This document shows, piece by piece, positions 52,736 through 56,658 of a DNA stretch of 56,658 nt. The stretch spans positions 1 through 56,658 of the forward strand of contig CBFHSE010000004.1 of assembly GCA_965658435.1 (NCBI GenBank), in the 5' to 3' direction. Both the position numbers and the translations under genes were made by a program. Under the pieces are notes generated by a model. It had not been told where the DNA came from, ran no database searches, and saw nothing but the letters and a program-made list of their open reading frames with translations. Each line of letters begins with the position of its first letter. Position 1 is the stretch's first letter. Source of the stretch: Rickettsiales bacterium (GTDB lineage Bacteria > Pseudomonadota > Alphaproteobacteria > Rickettsiales > JABIRX01).

Positions 52736-53863
52736 TTAATTTTCAGGAAAAATTACTTTGCCATTTTTAATTTTGATAGTCACTTCGCCATTTAATATAT
52801 TTGCAGCAAATTTTCCAAAAATATTATAACGCCATCCTGACATAAATCTAGTTTTTTTACCTTTTACAAGATCTTTTAAATCAGCTGAATTAGCAATGTT
52901 TTTAACAGCGATATTATGATTTTTAGCAATATATTTTAAATAAATCTTTAAAATATCAATAATTTCTTCTTTGTTATTTGCTTCTCTGTTTTTTTTGTCA
53001 GAAATAAGCTCTTTTTTTTCAAGGGCAACTTCTTGTGCTACCTCAATAATATTATCTATTAATTTCTTATCTATGGATCTTTTTAAGATTCTATCATTAG
53101 TGATGTCTTCAGGTTTTTTAGGTTTTAATTTCGCTAAAGTTACAATAAGTTCATCCTTTATAATAAATCTTCTAGGTCTATTTTCCTTTGCAGCTAAATT
53201 TTCGCGCAATTTTGCAAAGCCGCGTAGATAATTTAAAAAATATGGTGATTCGCTATTATGGGATATTCTTTGCCATGCTAAATTTGGCTCTTGATAATAA
53301 TTATCCTTTTTGTAAATAATTTCAGATTCTTCTAAAAACCATTCTTTTCTTCTTAAATCTTGTAACTCTATTTCTAATTTTTCTTCTAATAAAAATAAAT
53401 ATTTTACATCATTAACTGCGTAATTAATTTGATCTGTCTTAAGTGGTCTTAATTTCCAATTAGTTAGTTTGTTTTCTTTATTAATTAATTTTTTAGTTAT
53501 TTTTCTAACTAATTTAGCATAAGAAATTGCATCACCATAACCAACAAAGCTTGCAGCTATTTGAGTATCAAAAATAGGATAGGGTATCACATCAAAATTT
53601 TTATAAAATACATCAATATCTTGATCACAGCTATGCATAATTTTTAAAATATTAACATCCTGTAAGATTTCTAGCAATGGAGTAATATCAATATTTAATG
53701 GATCTATGATGTAGATTTCATCATCTGTTGCAATTTGTATTAAACATAAGATAGGAACAAAGCTTGTCTCTCTGATAAATTCACAATCAAAAGCAATTTT
53801 ATCTTTTAGTTTAATTTGTTTAATAGATTCTATAAATATATTTTGCTTATTAATAAAAATCAT
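52736..53863 (-). CDS. rnd: Ribonuclease D
   Basis: AFDCEFIRE, LCLIQIA, FDTQIAA, W..RPL...QINYA.NDV, HRDC region, GWR. Confidence 0.93.
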   Translation of the reverse strand: MIFINKQNIFIESIKQIKLKDKIAFDCEFIRETSFVPILCLIQIATDDEIYIIDPLNIDITPLLEILQDVNILKIMHSCDQDIDVFYKNFDVIPYPIFDTQIAASFVGYGDAISYAKLVRKITKKLINKENKLTNWKLRPLKTDQINYAVNDVKYLFLLEEKLEIELQDLRRKEWFLEESEIIYKKDNYYQEPNLAWQRISHNSESPYFLNYLRGFAKLRENLAAKENRPRRFIIKDELIVTLAKLKPKKPEDITNDRILKRSIDKKLIDNIIEVAQEVALEKKELISDKKNREANNKEEIIDILKIYLKYIAKNHNIAVKNIANSADLKDLVKGKKTRFMSGWRYNIFGKFAANILNGEVTIKIKNGKVIFPEN

Positions 53864-54582
53864 GAGGGTATAATTTTGTCGGTAAAAAAACCATCAACAC
53901 CAATTTTTTTATAATCAGAAATTAGATTTTCCTGATTTAAAGTAAAGGCCAAAACCCACAAATCCATATTTTCCTTAATAGCATTAGCAAAACCATTTTT
54001 TGCTTTTTCAAGAGACATGCTTACAGCATAGCAAGCATTATTTTTCAAAAAATCAATTATTTCATTATTAGTTGCTTCAGTTTTATATGTGGCAAAAATT
54101 ATCTTGGAAATACCCAAGCTTTTAATATGTTGATATTCAGCAAAAGAATATATTTGAATAATTAAATTATCTTTTAATTTAGGAGATTTTTTTAATATAT
54201 ACTGACATAATTCAATTATATCAGCATCTTTACTATCAGTAACGATATAACAGTCATTATGATCTTCAAACCATGCAATAATATCATCAAGCGATAATTG
54301 CTGATATCCTCCTATCATTTTATCACTCATAAATTCAGAAAAATTACATTTTCCCTTTTTGCCAAATAATTTATATCTAGTTTCTTCAAAATCATGTAAT
54401 AATATAAATTTGCCATCTTTTGTTTGGCTAATATCAAATTCAATAAAACGAAAGCCATGTTTATAGCTGTTATTTAGAGCTTCTTTGGAATTGCTATAGA
54501 CAAGTTTGTCAATTTGACCGCAAGCATGAGCTATTAAATATGGTTGCATATTAATATTTAATGTTAATTTACTGATAGACAA
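53860..54582 (-). CDS. Glycerophosphodiester phosphodiesterase family protein
   Basis: IAHA.G, NSKEAL, IEFDI..TKDG..LLHD, GVDGFFTD. Confidence 0.85.
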   Translation of the reverse strand: MSISKLTLNINMQPYLIAHACGQIDKLVYSNSKEALNNSYKHGFRFIEFDISQTKDGKFILLHDFEETRYKLFGKKGKCNFSEFMSDKMIGGYQQLSLDDIIAWFEDHNDCYIVTDSKDADIIELCQYILKKSPKLKDNLIIQIYSFAEYQHIKSLGISKIIFATYKTEATNNEIIDFLKNNACYAVSMSLEKAKNGFANAIKENMDLWVLAFTLNQENLISDYKKIGVDGFFTDKIIPS

Positions 54583-54630
54583 TAATGTAATTTTTTTTAT
54601 GATTAAAGTAATTTAATCAATATTTAAGCA

Positions 54631-55629
54631 ATGAAGCAAGTGAATATAGAATTTTCAGATGAATATAAAAAAGATGGTAATTTAAATAGAAATTTTGCTC
54701 TTGAGGCAGTAAGAGTAACTGAATTTGCTGCGTTAAGCTGTAGTAGTTGGATAGGTAAAGGAGAAAAAGAAGCGGCAGATCAGGCGGCAGTAAACGCAAT
54801 GCGTGATTCCTTAAACACTATGGATATAGATGGTACAATAGTAATTGGTGAAGGTGAAAGAGATAAAGCTCCAATGCTTTATATTGGAGAAAAAGTTGGC
54901 ACAGGTAACGGGCCTGCAATAGATATCGCTCTTGATCCTTTAGAAGGGACAGATTTATGTGCAACTGGAAGCCCAAACTCACTTACAGTAATTGCATTTG
55001 CACAAAAAGGTTGTTTTTTACATGCCCCAGATGTTTACATGGATAAAATTGCGGTTGGTAATGGTTTGCCTGAAGGAGTAATAGATTTAGATAATTCCCC
55101 AGAAAAAAATCTAAAAAACTTAGCAAAAGCAAGAAATTGCGAAATATCTGATTTAACAGCAGTTATTTTGAATAGAAAAAGACATGAAGCATTAATAGCA
55201 AAAGTAAGAGAGGCTGGAGCAAGAATAAACCTTATAGCTGATGGAGATGTAGCAGGAATAATATCTACAGCTATACCAAACCCAACAGCTGATATTTATT
55301 TTGGCACAGGTGGTGCGCCAGAAGGAGTATTGGCAGCGGCAGCTCTTCGAGCAACAGGGGGGCAAATGCAAGGAAGGTTAATATTTAATAATGATCAAGC
55401 TCAAATTGATAGAGCAAAAAAAATGGGTATAATCGACTTATCAAAAAAATATGCTCACACAGAAATGGCAAAAGGCGATGTAATGTTTGCTGCAACAGGT
55501 GTAACAGATGGTTTTATGCTTCAAGGTGTAAAGCATAGAAAAGGTAGAAATATTACCCATTCTATAGTTATGCGCTCAGCTACAAGGACTGTTCGTCAAA
55601 TAACTACCGAACAAAACCTAAAAAGCTAA
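54631..55629 (+). CDS. glpX: Class II fructose-1,6-bisphosphatase
   Basis: VIGEGERDKAPML, DPLEGT, GGAPEGVLAA, FAATGVT. Confidence 0.97.
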   Translation: MKQVNIEFSDEYKKDGNLNRNFALEAVRVTEFAALSCSSWIGKGEKEAADQAAVNAMRDSLNTMDIDGTIVIGEGERDKAPMLYIGEKVGTGNGPAIDIALDPLEGTDLCATGSPNSLTVIAFAQKGCFLHAPDVYMDKIAVGNGLPEGVIDLDNSPEKNLKNLAKARNCEISDLTAVILNRKRHEALIAKVREAGARINLIADGDVAGIISTAIPNPTADIYFGTGGAPEGVLAAAALRATGGQMQGRLIFNNDQAQIDRAKKMGIIDLSKKYAHTEMAKGDVMFAATGVTDGFMLQGVKHRKGRNITHSIVMRSATRTVRQITTEQNLKS

Positions 55630-55648
55630 TATTTTATTTAACATTCCC

Positions 55649-55760
55649 TATTTAATAAAACTAAAGCAAGTTTGCATTATTCTTAAAAAAAGTTTGCATT
55701 ATTCTTAAAAAAAGAGTAATATAAAAATATGATGTTTTTTTGAGGTATAAAGCAAGATGA
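55649..55760 (+). repeat. Pilin promoter/leader repeat, copy A (contains an internal 22-bp tandem duplication at 55669-55712)
   Basis: Matches 56569-56658 except for one extra AGTTTGCATTATTCTTAAAAAA unit and one C/T change. Confidence 0.95.
55694..55722 (+). promoter_or_regulatory. Putative sigma70 promoter of pilin copy 5
   Basis: TTGCAT-N17 (contains A7)-TAATAT; SD TGAGGT at 55741. Confidence 0.65.
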
Positions 55761-56545
55761 AAAGAGGATTTAGCTTAGTAGAGTTATCAATAGTAATTAT
55801 AATAATTGGCTTGTTATTTGTTGGAGTTAGCGCGGGCTCTTCGCTTATTCAACAGGCTAAGCTTCGTACAATTATGAATGAAATGAAAAAGATAGAAACT
55901 GCTATTAAAACTTTTGTAGTAGCTTATGATTATTTACCTGGTGATATGCCAAATGCCTATAATATATGGGGAGATGATTGTGGTCCAAATTCATTAGCAG
56001 GAGAAGGATGTAATGGTAATGGTAATGGTAAGATAGGTATAACTGCTGCAAATGGTGCGAAGCCGTCACAAACAGAAAGATATAGATTTTGGCAACATAT
56101 GAGATTAGCTGAAGTAATTGATGGAAGCTTTACAGGTTCAGAAAGTGATGCATGTTTTGAATCTACTACTATTCCTTGTCATAACTCTAATAATAGTTTT
56201 GAATCTAAATTTAGTGATGATGTATTATTTATGTTATTTGATTTTAGTTTTTTTACATCTTATCCAGACTCTTGGAGTACCACTAATATATTTGTTATTG
56301 ATCGAAATAGTGCAAGTCATAATTTGAATGACTCTCCAGCATTTACACCTAAAGAATTATATGATATTGATCAAAAGTTTGATGATGGTTTACCCGAAAA
56401 AGGTACTATTCAATCAGGGAGTAGACAAACTCCTAGTGGTGGATTTGATATGGGATGTAAAACTTTGGATGGTTTAAGTTATATCTTAGATGATTCAGAG
56501 AAACAATGTACGTTATGGTGGATTGATAAAAGGTTATTTAACTAA
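55757..56545 (+). CDS. Type IV pilin-like protein, copy 5
   Basis: MKRG|FSLVE, LPGDM, NGNGNG, FWQHM, IDQKFDDG.P..G; six Cys. Confidence 0.9.
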   Translation: MKRGFSLVELSIVIIIIGLLFVGVSAGSSLIQQAKLRTIMNEMKKIETAIKTFVVAYDYLPGDMPNAYNIWGDDCGPNSLAGEGCNGNGNGKIGITAANGAKPSQTERYRFWQHMRLAEVIDGSFTGSESDACFESTTIPCHNSNNSFESKFSDDVLFMLFDFSFFTSYPDSWSTTNIFVIDRNSASHNLNDSPAFTPKELYDIDQKFDDGLPEKGTIQSGSRQTPSGGFDMGCKTLDGLSYILDDSEKQCTLWWIDKRLFN

Positions 56546-56568
56546 CAACCCTTAAAATTTCGAAAAAA

Positions 56569-56658
56569 TATTTAATAAAACTAAAGCAAGTTTGCATTAT
56601 TTTTAAAAAAAGAGTAATATAAAAATATGATGTTTTTTTGAGGTATAAAGCAAGATGA
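56569..56658 (+). repeat. Pilin promoter/leader repeat, copy B, ending in an ATG (56655) of a probable sixth pilin-like gene cut by the window edge
   Basis: TATTTAATAAAACTAAAGCAAGTTTGCATTATTTTTAAAAAAAGAGTAATAT...TGAGGTATAAAGCAAGATGA. Confidence 0.93.

Noticed and set aside
55649-56658. CRISPR array reading of the terminal repeats
   Set aside because: The 22-bp units are directly adjacent with no spacer, the long repeat brackets a whole gene, and no cas genes are present
55630-56658. Integron cassette array (CTAACAA at the pilin stop resembles an attC start)
   Set aside because: No matching GTTRRRY end or extended attC palindrome, no integrase in the window, and the repeat reads as promoter plus SD

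Overview
AT-rich alphaproteobacterial chromosome segment, most consistent with a Rickettsiales-related lineage (inference from a virB2-virB4 pair without virB3, a DUF2706/VirB7-like lipoprotein, a 17-kDa-antigen-like lipoprotein and a stand-alone tRNA-Ile). Unlike classical intracellular Rickettsia, it carries methionine (metX/metW/metZ), chorismate (aroC, chorismate mutase), folate, CoA and NAD genes. The backbone is housekeeping: nuoG-N, birA (frameshifted), coaX, rnj, rpsF-rpsR-rplI, a TAXI-TRAP transporter, ispA, ruvCAB, fumC, fabI, prfB (programmed +1 frameshift), hemF, rplM-rpsI, nadD, rnd and glpX. The most unusual content is an expanded family of large (~250 aa) type IV pilin-like genes. 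Four copies at 14.2-18.2 kb form two promoter-[Gly|Phe pilin]-[Ala|Phe pilin] modules with a mosaic similarity pattern. A fifth copy at the right end sits in a ~920-bp promoter+pilin unit whose promoter/leader is repeated almost exactly and runs into a sixth ATG where the window stops, suggesting a tandem pilin cassette array. Two of the type IV pilin-like genes and the virB2 T4SS pilin have a matching extended -10 motif at the same distance from the start codon. No CRISPR, rRNA, integrase, transposase or reverse transcriptase was seen.
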